Under the pieces are notes generated by a model, which saw only the letters and a program-made list of their open reading frames with translations, did no database searches and was not told the origin of the DNA. A stretch of 63,244 bases of DNA, filler included, from Reticulomyxa filosa (lineage: Eukaryota; Protista; Foraminifera), in the NCBI GenBank assembly GCA_000512085.1. It is 20 parts of 20 records of this genome, joined end to end, with 100 filler letters (N's around TTAATTAATTAA, not from the genome) between each part and the next. Parts side by side here need not be neighbours in the genome. Positions count along the whole stretch, not along the records: positions 3,648 to 12,169 come from ASPP01025892.1; positions 12,270 to 16,179 come from ASPP01005685.1; positions 16,280 to 21,605 come from ASPP01025499.1; positions 21,706 to 23,086 come from ASPP01022329.1; positions 23,187 to 24,421 come from ASPP01014462.1; positions 24,522 to 31,240 come from ASPP01020995.1; 14 more parts are not named here. One strand, 5' to 3'. The translations under genes and the position numbers were made by a program. Shown piece after piece: positions 12,162-24,693 of this stretch. Every line of letters starts with the position of its first letter. Positions within the stretch are counted from its first letter, which is position 1.

Positions 12162-12399
12162 AAAAAAAANNNNNNNNNNNNNNNNNNNNNNNNNNNNNNN
12201 NNNNNNNNNNNNNTTAATTAATTAANNNNNNNNNNNNNNNNNNNNNNNNNNNNNNNNNNNNNNNNNNNNTGATGGAGAGAATAGCGTTGTCAAGTTGTTG
12301 TGCAGTTAAATGACCTTATAAAACTACTGACTCCATTTTTTTTTTTTTTTAATTACAAAAAAAAAAAAAAAAAAAATTGATATGTGTATATATAAACAG

Positions 12400-13982
12400 G
12401 AGTTTAATTCCTTTTATGTTACGACGAAATGTGAGCAAAACTTTTTGAAAGAGCCATTGAATCCTTATTCAATCACTTTGGGACAAGGGTTTCAAAATTT
12501 GAAAGATAAATTAAAAGACTATTATTATCTTAAAGACAGGACAGATGAATCGGTTTGGTTTAATTGTAAATTCCTCAATTGTATGCCACCACTTTCCCCC
12601 CCCCAAATAAATGAAAATGTATTATTACATGATATTTACAAAAGATTATCCCCATTATCCAAACATTCCAATTTATTGGAAAATTGACAGCAGATTTATT
12701 GTATCCTATAAATTCACCATTGAAATAGAAGACAATTTTAAAAAGGATATCAAATACGGTATTTCAAAGGATACTGTTTCATCAAATGTAAAACACAAAT
12801 TTAATCCATTTTTGTTTGCAGAAAAATGTATACAAAATTAAACTCATTGAAAATGCCTTTTGTTTAATACCACCAGCGAAAGATGAGATGAAGACACTAT
12901 TGCATGAAGTAATAAAGAATAATTTCTTGACCGATTTAATCCCTAAAGAGCTACCAGGATCAGAAGAAAAAATCAAGGAACAAATCAATTATAAGAAAAA
13001 TAATCCAGATAAATTAATATTAAATAATGGAATATTGACAATATTAAATGAAATCAACACATTGTATCATGATGATATTCATAAACAAATGGGATATCCA
13101 CTTCAATTACATCATATTTGTGCAATTTTATTGTATTGTGGGAAATCATGTAATGTTCAGTTCAGCTATGATCAAATCCAATTTAAACATCGTAACTGGA
13201 TACATTTGGACATGTACTTGTGTAATGCCATCAACATTTTACACAAGCACGAAAGAAGAGAAGAAAGTGATATTGAATTGTACAGTGGCCTGAAAGGAGT
13301 GAGATTAGAAAATATTGCTAGAGAAATAAAAGTGGGATATTTTATTAGTCATGTAAGTACTTCTGATGATGTTCAAGTTGCACAAATGTTTAAAGGTGAT
13401 CAAGGATGTATTTTACATTTTCATCCTTCTATGAGAAGAGCAAATAACATTCAAAGTTGTAATGTATCATGGATATCTCCATTTAAACATGAACGTGAAA
13501 TTTTGTTTGCAAGAACGTGTACAATTTATGATATGAGTGAAACATTACACAATACATTTCATGCATGGAGTGCAAAGATTGAAGATGAGGATGAAAATAC
13601 ACAAGTAATTTTATTGACGTGGGTAATCTATGATAAATATCTTCGAGATGTAATGGAAATTAGTGCAATATGGAATCATGATGTGGATTTGAACCTTATT
13701 TATATCATATTAAAGCGTGTTCAAGGTAACTCTTCCAAAGCAAAGATACTACTGTCATGTTTCAAAGCATGGGAAGAGTCAAATAATTATCAAACGTACG
13801 CACAAAAAATGAACGAATATAAGAAACAACGTTGCTGCAACGAACAGGTTAACTTATTTTTTTTTCATCTCACTCCTATTCTTAAACGACTAAGTCCAAA
13901 TGAACTTGCAGCAGTAGCAACTGTTGTTGATGGATTGCCATTTACGAAAAAAGATACAAATGCATGGAAAAATAAAAAATAA
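12400..13982 (+). CDS. ADP-ribosyltransferase (ARTC / R-S-E clade)-fold protein, 5' partial, two frame breaks
   Basis: LYSG...FISHVSTSDD.QVA..F...GCIL...VSWISPFKHEREILF matches the R / STS / ExE layout. Acceptor AG at 12398-12399. Frame breaks at the C-run 12596-12604 and near 12820. Confidence 0.72.
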
Positions 13983-15036
13983 ACTATACTTGTAAATACT
14001 CTTTTTGTTTGTTTTTTTGGAAATGTTTGTACAAAAACATATACCCTTAATTAAGAATTGTTGATTGTTGAAGTTTGAAAAAACTGTCAATATCGAAGAA
14101 TATCAGCCAAAAAAAAAGAAGAGCTCTTTTTGACTTTTTAATATTTTGGGAAAAAAATATGTAAAAGTCGGAACAAGTTAAAGTGTAATTGACAGCAAAA
14201 AAAAAACATCACTAAATGAATTCCTTGAGTTTGTTCGTAAAAAAAAAATCATCTCTTACATTTTAATTGATACGATGCATTTCCAAATTTTAGGAAAAAG
14301 AAAAAGTTTCAGCTATTAAAAGTAGCATGTTTTTTTGTTTGTAGTGATAAATTTTTTAAAAATTGGTACTACAGTGCACAAATTCTGGTATGCACATTTT
14401 TTTTGAATTAACAGCAATACACACGGTCGATTAAAAACCAAAAATAAGTAATTTGAGCAACAACTCTTTAATTGCGTTATAACGTCAAACGGAACAGTGC
14501 GCATGGAATAGAATTAGAAACAATAGGCAGTTAGGATGAAGAAAATAGACGAAAGGATTAGAAAGAATTAGAAGACAAGACAAAATTAATTACTAAAATT
14601 AAGCTTTTACATTTCATTTAAGCATTTTGAAACAAAGAAAAGGTAAAATTTAAGATGAAGTAAAAAACAATGATAATCAAACATTACTTCATTTATTGTT
14701 CATTAAAAAGAGATTATACAATTTTAACATAATTATTTTATCACATACAATAATGATTACGTTCGTTTATTTCGATAGCACTTAATCTTGCGATTGACAA
14801 TTGCAATACATTGAACATAAAAGTTTGTTAATTGGAGACAAGACATGTGAACATGATATAATAACAAAAGCTGTTAAAGAATTTGTGAAGTTCACGGTGT
14901 CTACGAGAAGAATTATTTGAAATAAATTTTTCAACATAAATTATTTGATATTTTAGCACAAAATTTTCTTTTTTAAAAATATTTCAGAAAACACATATTA
15001 GTTGTTTGTTTTACAATTGTACTTTTTTCTTTTGTA

Positions 15037-16078
15037 CAGTAAGATAAAAAAGAAAGTTGACACATAAAATGCCACCTTATAGAGATGATTGTGTTTCTCC
15101 ATGAAAAAATAACAATTAGTCAAAAATTTTTTTAAAAATATATACAAATCGTGTTGTTTTTAAATATCATTTTGTTTTTATTAAGTCTTTCTAATTTTTT
15201 CAAAAATTTTAATCTTTCATTTGATTTGGTAAAATTTCTTTAAAAAAGTTGACAATTGTATTTTTCTCGTAGTCATGAATTTGACAATCTTTTTTTAAAT
15301 AATTTTTGAAATTTTCCTATTGATTTTTATCATTTTGATTATTTTGTCCGAAATATTAATTGACAACCATTAGATGAAAATTTCATAGCAAAATTTGTTG
15401 GTGGAAGCATTTTAGTCCTAGCATTAGAAACAGGTTACTCTTGCAAGATGGAGTAAGTACTGATGTGTATATAATTTTTATCTGACGAAATGCTAAAGAG
15501 AGTCAATTTCTGCTTAGAAAATAAAGAAGCTTTAAATTTTCCAGCAAAATAATGCAACATGACATAAGTCGGAAAAAATTATGAAATTGTTAAAACAAAA
15601 AAAAAGAAAATAATGAATTTTACTCCAAATTCAACTGCTTTAAATCCAATTAAAAATCTTTGGTTGATAGTAAAGACAAGGATCCACAAAAAAGGACCAT
15701 TTAATACACGGAAGAACTTTGGAACTAATTCGAAACAGAATTGAAAAATAAAAACCTTAATAAAGTCGATCCAAAAAGAATACAAGCAGTTGAAAAGGCC
15801 AAAGTAGATTTAACAAGTTGGTAAACTTGAATTAAATTTTTTTAAAAAAATCTTATCATATTCAGGCAACCACAAAGAATTTTTTTAAAGTAAATGAAAG
15901 AATAAAATTTTTGAAAACATTGGAAAGATTTATAAAAAACCAAAATGATATTTAAAAACTACACGATTTGTAGATATTTTTTTAAAAAATTTTGATTAAA
16001 TGTTGTTTTTTCATGGAGAAACAAAATCATCTATATAAGGTGGTATTTTAGGTGTCAACTTTCTTTTTTATCTTACTG
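15037..16078 (+). mobile_element. Tc1/mariner-family DNA transposon, non-autonomous decayed copy (1042 bp)
   Basis: TA target duplication at 15035-15036 and 16079-16080. TIRs begin CAGTAAGATAAAAAAGAAAGTTGACAC and extend imperfectly about 185 bp. Internal relic PNSTALNPIKNLW (near 15625-15663) matches the Tc1 SPDLNPIENLW motif. Confidence 0.9.
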
Positions 16079-18259
16079 TATTTTGGGTCATATACTTTTT
16101 CAACTTGCTTTATTTGCACTTTGGGGTTGATACAATATGTTGCAAAGAAAACTGAACTCCTAAAACGATATCATATGATNNNNNNNNNNNNNNNNNNNNN
16201 NNNNNNNNNNNNNNNNNNNNNNNTTAATTAATTAANNNNNNNNNNNNNNNNNNNNNNNNNNNNNNNNNNNNNNNNNNNNTGTGACAAACTTTATTGTCGA
16301 AAAGAAGTTCCCAAACATTGGGATTTGCAAATTGAAATATTATTATTTGGTACAAATTAATGACTTACCACTTTCTTCATACTTTTGATTCTTTTTTCAT
16401 TATTTTTTAATATGAGGACTTAAAATATAATATTCTAGCATCTTTTTGTCATGTACTCCTTCTTATTTAATCATCATTCTTGTTATTGTCCTACACAAAA
16501 CACAATATAAAATAATTTAAAAGAGTCTATTGCGTATCATCACCTGCAATTAATCCCAGTTATCAGTTTTTTCAAAGACAAAAGTGAAAATCAAATCGAA
16601 TTTATTTACATCTTTTCTACTTCTTTTAGATTTAAAATATTAAAATTCAAAAATTTTTACGATAAGTATAATTTAATGAAAAATGTCGTGTGAGCCGAGG
16701 AACGAAGTTGTTAAAAAAATAAAAGAAACTACAATTCACACAAAAATACAAAAATTTGAGACAAGTGTTAAGTACTTGTAAACGACATGCACCAACTTCA
16801 CTTTGCCTTTGCTTGCTGGCACTGCAACCACAGTCACTTTCCACAGGTACTGTACTCTTTGGAGACCTATGTTATATAAGTGTGTTGATGTATATATTTC
16901 AATTTCAATCACATCATAAAAAGACATTATAACTTGGAATATAGATTGCGCATATAATCATTATAATAACTAGCTTACCACCTTCAATATATCATGAGCC
17001 AAATCATATATGGACCTTTAATTTTTTTTCAAATTGTACGTTATCCAAAACGCAAACCATGGCCCATATTTGAAGCAAGCCTTCACTATAGATACTTGTT
17101 TAATAATAGACAAATAAATGCATTGGAGAAATGACAGGCGTGTGCATTGTAGTGCAATTTCAATGATTTCTCAGCAAAATTCACTCATGAGATTACCACT
17201 TTCGTTTCATGTATGTAATCATCGATATTTTGCTGTTGCTGTCACAGCTGCCATGATCGTTGCAACACTAATGGCAATGTAAATAGCAAAAACTTGTCAA
17301 TCCACATTACAAACCTTCATTGATACACATTGGAATATCTATTAAAAAATTTCAAGCAACACATATCACATACATACAAATAAATAATCAACATACGTAT
17401 AAAGATGTTGCTATTAGTTGTTGAACATGTACATATAAAAAAAAATTGTACACATAAAAAAATTTTTCAAGCAATGGACCCAAGCACAATTATAACTTGG
17501 AACAGGCGCACTAAATGACCAACCAAATAACAGCAAGCCCGTGTTGAAAGCAGTGCTCACTGCGGACATAAATATTGTTCATGTATACATCCAGCACCAC
17601 CAAGCATACCATATCCCACTTTTTTCTTGATTTGATAAATAATGGATCAGCTTTTGAATCATCAACCCATTGACCGACGGTTCCTTTTGTACAAATGTGC
17701 ACAACATTAGCTCTTCTGTGCACACCAAAGCAAATTGTGGAATATGGCTTGCACCCAAATATTGGGTACAAACAACATCAATCAAATGTATTGAACAATT
17801 GACAAACGACATGGGCTGCGTTTTGTCGTCGTCATTACGGATATCACTGGCGCCGCACTTGACATTGTCACAACTATCAAGAAGTTTCCATTGTGGGCGG
17901 ATTATGTGAAATTAGTTCATGCATAAGAATTTGCAAAGCTGCCGCTCGTGGATGTGAAGAACCATTTAATAACAAAAGTAAAATCGACAAAATGTCTTTT
18001 TTTACTTTTTAAAACAAATTCAACGCAGTATTCTTGGAATATTCTTTCTATTCATAACCATCATTCTCCTCATATCTTCCTATTCTTGTTTGATGGTGAT
18101 GTTGGCTTGAGTTTCCACCACATTTAGCTACGATACCAGGAGAATAGTCACATGTGAGAACGGGCTTACTCGGATCATTATATGTACTTACCTACATCGT
18201 TTGCGTACTCTTCTTGTTTGCGTACTCTTCTTGTTTTGCCTTCTACTTCTTCTACCAAT

Positions 18260-20580
18260 CCAGTCGCTGCTGTTGTTGCGATATCGCAATATCAATATAG
18301 TTTACATTTCGCGCGATATTATTATCACATTCTTTTTTTTTTTTCTTTCTTTTTGATGGGCTTGCCTTTGTAATCGGACAGTGCCAAGATCCAAATTGTC
18401 GACGATTGAACTGGTATAATTTTGTTCAACTGTTCCAATGCGGTCATACAATGGATATTTTCTAAAATGCCAAATTCATTCGCTCTAATCATCCTTGTAA
18501 TGAGATACACACTTTGACACTGAATGATTGTCGTTATTGGAAATTCTTGCATCAATCACCATACGTCCATTCAATAATTTTTGTATTGGCGATCAGATGA
18601 CGGAGGGCATCACTTGTATTTCTTTTTTTTTTTGACGTATTCGCCATTATCCTTCTTGCTTGCTTGCTTTCTTGATTGCCATTTAACACGTTGTTCGTAG
18701 TCGATAGTTAATCTCGAAGACAATTCAGCAAAGATTACATTAGCTCTTTCGACAAACGCAATGCACACAACTTTTTGCAGTGATTGAGACAGAAAAAGCA
18801 ATAACGTCTCTCTATTCACTACTTATCAAAATGTCCAATGTTGACTGCGAGCTTAAGATTCCTCCCATCAGCACGAACACGATTTAAAACCCAAATTTGC
18901 GCATATGCGCACGCATACGATAAGTTTTGATACGATTGTCCAATATCTGCGTTTTCATTGTTACGCTGTGTTTATAAAATTAGCACCATTTCCATATCAA
19001 TCGAATTTCCCTTGCTATGGAGCCAGTGGATTACCGTTCGATACAATCTTTGCGTATAATTGTTGGCATGGCAAAGCACCAGGAGATTTGTATCAACGTA
19101 CATTGATGACAAACAAGTTCTTTGCAATACTTCGAATTACCGCTGCGAGACATTAACATATTCGTTCAATATTTTTCATTGGGGTGACTGTGTGAAACTA
19201 GTATACGTCAGCGAGTTGCGACTTTGCGTATTCTCAAACGTAAAAAAAGCGATTCCATAACTTCCACTCCTTGTCAATTCAGTCGCTGCCACCATTGCTA
19301 CACCCTTTTTACTTTGCTCGGTATTACAGTCTTCTTTTTTTTCTTACTGACGAACTCGCTTTCATATTTGGAGGCACCAAAATCAAGATATTGTCTGCAA
19401 TTAACCTGAGAGGATCTTGCCAGCTGCTCCAACTACATATCGCGATGTTTTTCAACAGCAAGTTTATCTGCACTCGTCGCCGTTGTGATAAAAAACATAC
19501 ATTGGCCTGATCGAATAGACTTGAACATTTGCACATTCAATTTTACTATTAGATTTATTCGTTTCCTTGCTTTCTTGGTTGCTACCTAACAAGTCGTCCG
19601 TAGTTCCCGGAGGCAGCTAGGCAAAGGTAATATGCCCTTGCTCGACAAACACAAGGCACGCCACTCTTGCGGCGATGGATCGAAAAATATAACTAGTTGT
19701 ATATCTTTATTCACCGATAAACATGGTCAATGTTTCGCAGGCTCAAAATTTCTCACGTCAAAATACGCACAATTCAAAATCCAAGTTGCGCATGCACACA
19801 CACGACCAGTTTCGGCACGAGTACTCAGTATATACATTCACAAAATTAGTGCAATTTTCATAACGATCCATCGTTCCTTGTTCGTTGAAACCTATCGACA
19901 ACATCTTTGATTCTATGCCGCGCCAACAACTATCCGCAGATACTGTTGTGCACACGTGCTGATGGCAAACATTCTTTTCAATGATTCGGGCTTCCACTGC
20001 TTGAAACCGCACCCATTTAGAATTTTCCATTGATACGTGATATTGGAAGTTGTCGACGCCCGCGAGTGGCGATTTTGCGCGTTTCCTGGCATAAAAACAA
20101 TTACATCGCCAAACTCAACAAAGTTGGCCTACTGTTTTTTGTTTTTAAAAAACTAAGCGAACACGATATTGATTTGAAATTCTTTTTCTTCTCTTCCTCA
20201 TCATTATCATCTCACTATTATTGCTTTCTGGTGTCTTGGCACTGGTTTTACACAACTCTTCCGCCGAATTGGGCCGCTTTCACACTGGACTATTCTCCGA
20301 TGTAACAGTTTGCTCGATTGCCATAGATGAGTATTTCATGCTCTTTTTCATCGCCTTATACTTTTTCGTCACCTCGATCGCTGCTGCCATCGCTGCACCA
20401 TAATATCGATATCGCTTTCACTTTGCTCGATATTACAGTCTTCTTTTTTTTCTTGACGAGCTTGCTGTCGTTATCGAGCGGCCTACGGTCCAGCTTGTCC
20501 GAGCTTGATCTAGATATTTGCTAGACTGTTCCAATGCCACTATATAATGAAAGTCTTCCGATCACGAAGGTCATCCAATA
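18260..20580 (-). repeat. Three diverged copies of a segment spaced about 1.0-1.1 kb apart (decayed coding unit)
   Basis: Homologous blocks near 18262-18460, 19281-19450 and 20380-20560 share cgctgc...tttgctcg-tattacagtcttcttttttt...gacgagcttgc...ctgttccaatgc. Minus-strand translations share LEQ...KKKKK. Confidence 0.65.
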
Positions 20581-22143
20581 TCATCGTTCTTGCATTATTC
20601 ACCAAGAGCTAGATCAATGCGACGATCGAAATATTGCATCGTATCCAACATATCGACTGTAGTCCATAATCGGTCCAGTAGACAATTGCTGCAAGAGTCT
20701 TGTACCTTGTATTTTTTGAACAAGTACCAAGTATCGTTGCGCTGAGTCAGAAAAGGCAGCCAACTTTCTTATTCACCAATTACCAATGCCTCTCGCTCTT
20801 CCTCCTACTGGCACAATCACAAATTAAAATTAAAAGTGCGAAAACGCGCACGTACACGAACAGTTTGATAGGAGTGATCATTCTCAGCTCCTCGATTGTT
20901 CAATGTTTTTTTTTTTTTTTAAATTTTCTTAATCTATTTTTTTTCTTTTATATCTTTTAATCTTTTTTTCTTTTTTTTGCATTGTCTTTTTTTTTACTTT
21001 TTCCTTTTTTTTATCTTTGTCATTTTTTTTTTCTTTAAATTTTCAACATTTTTTTCATTTTCAATATTTCATTTTTTCTTTCTTTTTTAATTTTTCTTCA
21101 TTTTTCAAAAAAAATTTTCAAATAACATCTTCCCCCCTCCACCCCCCCTTTTCCCACTTGTACCCCTTTTCCAACATTATTTCCCCACTTTTTCAAATAT
21201 TATTTTCCCTTCATTTTCTTTTCCATCCCTTTTTTTCACAATTTTCTTTCCAACATTTTTTCCCTCCAAATTTCATTATCACTATAATCTAACATAAATA
21301 AAAAATAGAAAAACTTCCAATCATTTTTGCACCATGAACACTGTAAACACAATCACAAATTTAAATATTTTTTTTAATTAAAAAAAACAAACAAAAACAT
21401 ACTTTGACATGAAGCTACAAGCTCCAATTACAATCTATATATATATTTTTTTTCTTTGTACGGGGAGGGGGTAAATAAAATTTATTGTTGATGGGGGCAT
21501 GCCTATAGACACAAACAAACATTTGATAAAAAAAATAAAGAAAATAAAAAAATAAAAAATTCAAACTCTTTCATTTTTTTTGCGACATGGGGTGGCTTCA
21601 ACCCCNNNNNNNNNNNNNNNNNNNNNNNNNNNNNNNNNNNNNNNNNNNNTTAATTAATTAANNNNNNNNNNNNNNNNNNNNNNNNNNNNNNNNNNNNNNN
21701 NNNNNTCCTCTTTCGTTGCAGTGATAGTTGCAAACACTGGCTAAAGAAAATAGCCATAACTTTCGCAAATGTATAATTTTAAAAATAATTATCTAGTTGC
21801 GTTTTATGAAGTACTTAACGCACACTTCCCAAACTGGCTTTGTTGTTTATGTTCGTTTCCCCCCCTTATAACGTCAACAGTAGGATAATTTTTTCATAAT
21901 TAATTTAACCATGGCATCATCTGAGACAACATCCTCTCGTTATCTGTTGCCATTCTTATTATTCAGTGGATTTATGATCGGAGCTTGTGCAACCTCGTTG
22001 CACGACAAGCACAACGAGAAGAAAGACGCAAAAAGAAGCGCATGAATAAAGGTTCTGAAAACAAAGATAGCACAAGAATGGAAAAACTGAGCACTTGTGC
22101 ATTCATTGGTTCCTAGTTTGTTCAAAATCTGAAATGTCAAGGT

Positions 22144-22353
22144 TCACTTAGTGTTCTTGAAATTTCCCCCTTTCCGAATGAATTGAAAAGTAAGTTGATT
22201 GAGGATAAACGTGTCAAGAAACACGATAATCACATTGTTGAATTGGAAGAAATTACTCAAATAATTCTTCAACTCACTGATATCATGTATGTCACTCGCA
22301 TCCAAAAAGAACGCTTTTCTGATCGCAGCATTTACGAAAAGTTTATAATTCAT
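22144..22353 (-). CDS. Small ORF or exon, weakly resembling a coilin N-terminal-like domain
   Basis: RKAFFLDASDIHDISELKNYLSNFFQFNNVIIVFLDTFIL...FIRKG shows the hydrophobic spacing of Coilin_N. Pattern judged by eye only. Confidence 0.3.
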   Translation of the reverse strand: MNYKLFVNAAIRKAFFLDASDIHDISELKNYLSNFFQFNNVIIVFLDTFILNQLTFQFIRKGGNFKNTK

Positions 22354-23186
22354 TGCTAGACAAATGCAAACCTACCATGATTATAATGCATCCTTTGTCA
22401 CGAGTTGATGAAATCGCTACCGAGTGTGACGATAATCCTAGAACCAAGTACTTCCAATAGATGAAATATAGAATATACGTACGAATGGCTTTACTGGTTC
22501 TTATCTTGGGCAATCACTCTTTGAGCAAAGGACAACACTATGCTTATGATAATATCTTATTCGTTCATTATTTTTTATTAATTTTAAGTTTTTAAATTAG
22601 TCTATTGCATCGAATGAAAAATAATTTCTTTTCTTAATCGCTGAAACTAATTCATTTTTTTTATCCTAAAAGAAAAGTCTGAAGAATGATCAAATAAACA
22701 ATTACTATTCAGTAAGGCACTTGTCCTAGTTAGTTAAAAAATAAAAACTGATTTCGTTGCGTTTGCTTTGACAAAAGGTCTTGAAGTGTTTAAGAGTACG
22801 TTTTTCTTTCTTTTAAAAAAAGGGTAAGTGTTCAGAATGATGAGTGAAAATGCTGTTGTCAAACAAACTCCTTGTTTTCTTTTAGAATCAAAATTTGATC
22901 ACTGGAAATGATCCAATTATTGCAAAAGAAACTTGCAATTTACTATGTGAGAAAATGACATATTGTTTCAAACCTTTACTTAATTTCGGAAAACAAAGAT
23001 TGTTTTTCTTGTAATTATTCTGAATAATACAAACACACTTCAAAGAATAACATTCCTAATGCAAAAAAAAAAAAAAATTACAATTTNNNNNNNNNNNNNN
23101 NNNNNNNNNNNNNNNNNNNNNNNNNNNNNNTTAATTAATTAANNNNNNNNNNNNNNNNNNNNNNNNNNNNNNNNNNNNNNNNNNNN

Positions 23187-23819
23187 CCGCACGATGTAGA
23201 AGTGATCAACCCTGATCACGTTATCTGCTATCTGTCCGCTGGCGGTAAAATCGATATGGAAATCAAGGTTGAGAAGGGCCGTGGCTACCAGCCGGTAGCT
23301 TCCCGCGTCAACCATGACGACAATCGTGCGATTGGCACCATCCAGCTTGATGCTTCCTTCTCCCCGGTGCGCCGCGTCAGCTTCAATGTTGAAAGCGCCC
23401 GTGTAGAACAACGTACCGACCTGGATCGTCTGGTACTGGACATCGAGACCAACGGTGTGATCGAACCGGAAGAAGCGGTACGCCTGGCGGCCCGCATCCT
23501 GGTAGATCAGCTGTCGATCTTTGCAGACCTGCAAGGTACAGCAGTTGAGGAAGTCGTTGAGAAGGCGCCGCCGATCGATCCGATCTTGCTGCGTCCGGTC
23601 GATGATCTCGAACTTACTGTTCGTTCCGCCAATTGTCTGAAGGCCGAGAACATTTACTACATCGGTGATCTGATTCAGCGTACGGAAACCGAGCTGCTGA
23701 AGACCCCGAACCTTGGTCGTAAGTCGCTGAACGAGATCAAGGAAGTTCTCGCTTCTAAAGGCCTGACACTCGGCATGAAACTCGAAAACTGGCCGCCGGC
23801 TGGTCTCGAGAAGCCGTAA
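23187..23819 (+). CDS. rpoA: Bacterial RNA polymerase alpha subunit (5' partial)
   Basis: [42 protein letters not shown] and [18 protein letters not shown]-rich, intronless, directly upstream of rplQ. Confidence 0.98.
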   Translation, partial: PHDVEVINPDHVICYLSAGGKIDMEIKVEKGRGYQPVASRVNHDDNRAIGTIQLDASFSPVRRVSFNVESARVEQRTDLDRLVLDIETNGVIEPEEAVRLAARILVDQLSIFADLQGTAVEEVVEKAPPIDPILLRPVDDLELTVRSANCLKAENIYYIGDLIQRTETELLKTPNLGRKSLNEIKEVLASKGLTLGMKLENWPPAGLEKP

Positions 23820-23842
23820 GTTTGGGATAAAAGGACACTACA

Positions 23843-24235
23843 ATGCGTCATCGTAATAGCAATCGTAAACTGAACCGCACGAGCAGCCATCGCCTGGCGA
23901 TGCTTCGCAACATGGCGAACTCGCTGCTCCGTCACGAAGTCATCGTGACCACCCTGCCGAAGGCCAAAGAACTGCGCCGCGTAGCCGAGCCGCTGATTAC
24001 CCTGGGTAAGAAGCCGTCCCTGGCTAACCGTCGTCTGGCTTTCGACCGCACTCGCGACCGCGAAATGGTTGTAAAACTGTTCGACGTTCTGGGCCCGCGT
24101 TACGCTGCCCGTAACGGCGGTTACGTGCGTATCCTGAAGTACGGTTTCCGTCAGGGCGACAACGCTCCGATGGCACTGGTTGAACTGGTGGACCGTCCGG
24201 AAGGTGAAGTAGTTGTGGAAGAAGCTGCTGAGTAA
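23843..24235 (+). CDS. rplQ: Bacterial 50S ribosomal protein L17
   Basis: [24 protein letters not shown]...[11 protein letters not shown]...[25 protein letters not shown]. Shine-Dalgarno-like AAGGA at about 23831. Confidence 0.98.
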   Translation: MRHRNSNRKLNRTSSHRLAMLRNMANSLLRHEVIVTTLPKAKELRRVAEPLITLGKKPSLANRRLAFDRTRDREMVVKLFDVLGPRYAARNGGYVRILKYGFRQGDNAPMALVELVDRPEGEVVVEEAAE

Positions 24236-24252
24236 TCAGTTGCCCTCCCGAG

Positions 24253-24279
24253 AAAGCCAGCCTTAGGGCTGGCTTTTTT
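24253..24279 (+). terminator. Rho-independent terminator of the alpha operon
   Basis: AAAGCCAGCC-TTAG-GGCTGGCTTT stem-loop followed by a T run, 18 nt after the rplQ stop. Confidence 0.88.
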
Positions 24280-24366
24280 CATGTCTGCGACTTTTCGTGT
24301 CCGTTGCCGCTGTTGCTATGGCAAAAGCACGTTGCTGGTGCAGGGATAACCCTTGTTTGGTGCATT

Positions 24367-24393
24367 AAACCCGGCTTTGTGTCGGGTTTTTTT
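24367..24393 (+). terminator. Second terminator-like hairpin
   Basis: AAACCCGGC-TTTGT-GTCGGGTTT (one G-U pair) plus a T tract. Confidence 0.6.
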
Positions 24394-24693
24394 GTTAAGG
24401 GCATGACAAGCGCTCCCGTGCNNNNNNNNNNNNNNNNNNNNNNNNNNNNNNNNNNNNNNNNNNNNTTAATTAATTAANNNNNNNNNNNNNNNNNNNNNNN
24501 NNNNNNNNNNNNNNNNNNNNNAAAAAAAGTTCGGCTCGATGACAAATACTCTTCTCTTGTTCGCATTTTTTTTTTTGGTTCATTGCAGATGATAAAAAAA
24601 AAAAGAACATTGTTTTTGTGCTGACGAACATCGGATTTTTATTAAATTTTAAAAGAACGTGTTGACAATTGCTTATCCAAAAAAAAAGTCCGT

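Noticed and set aside
16280-18200. Possible retrotransposon remnants (GGAG and TDGS-like words)
   Set aside because: Motifs are short, on different strands and not in the expected order; cannot support an RNase H or RT call.
20900-21290. Extremely pyrimidine-skewed tract and Phe-rich ORF 21017-21292
   Set aside because: Low-complexity homopolymer-rich sequence, possibly low quality; no coherent product on either strand.
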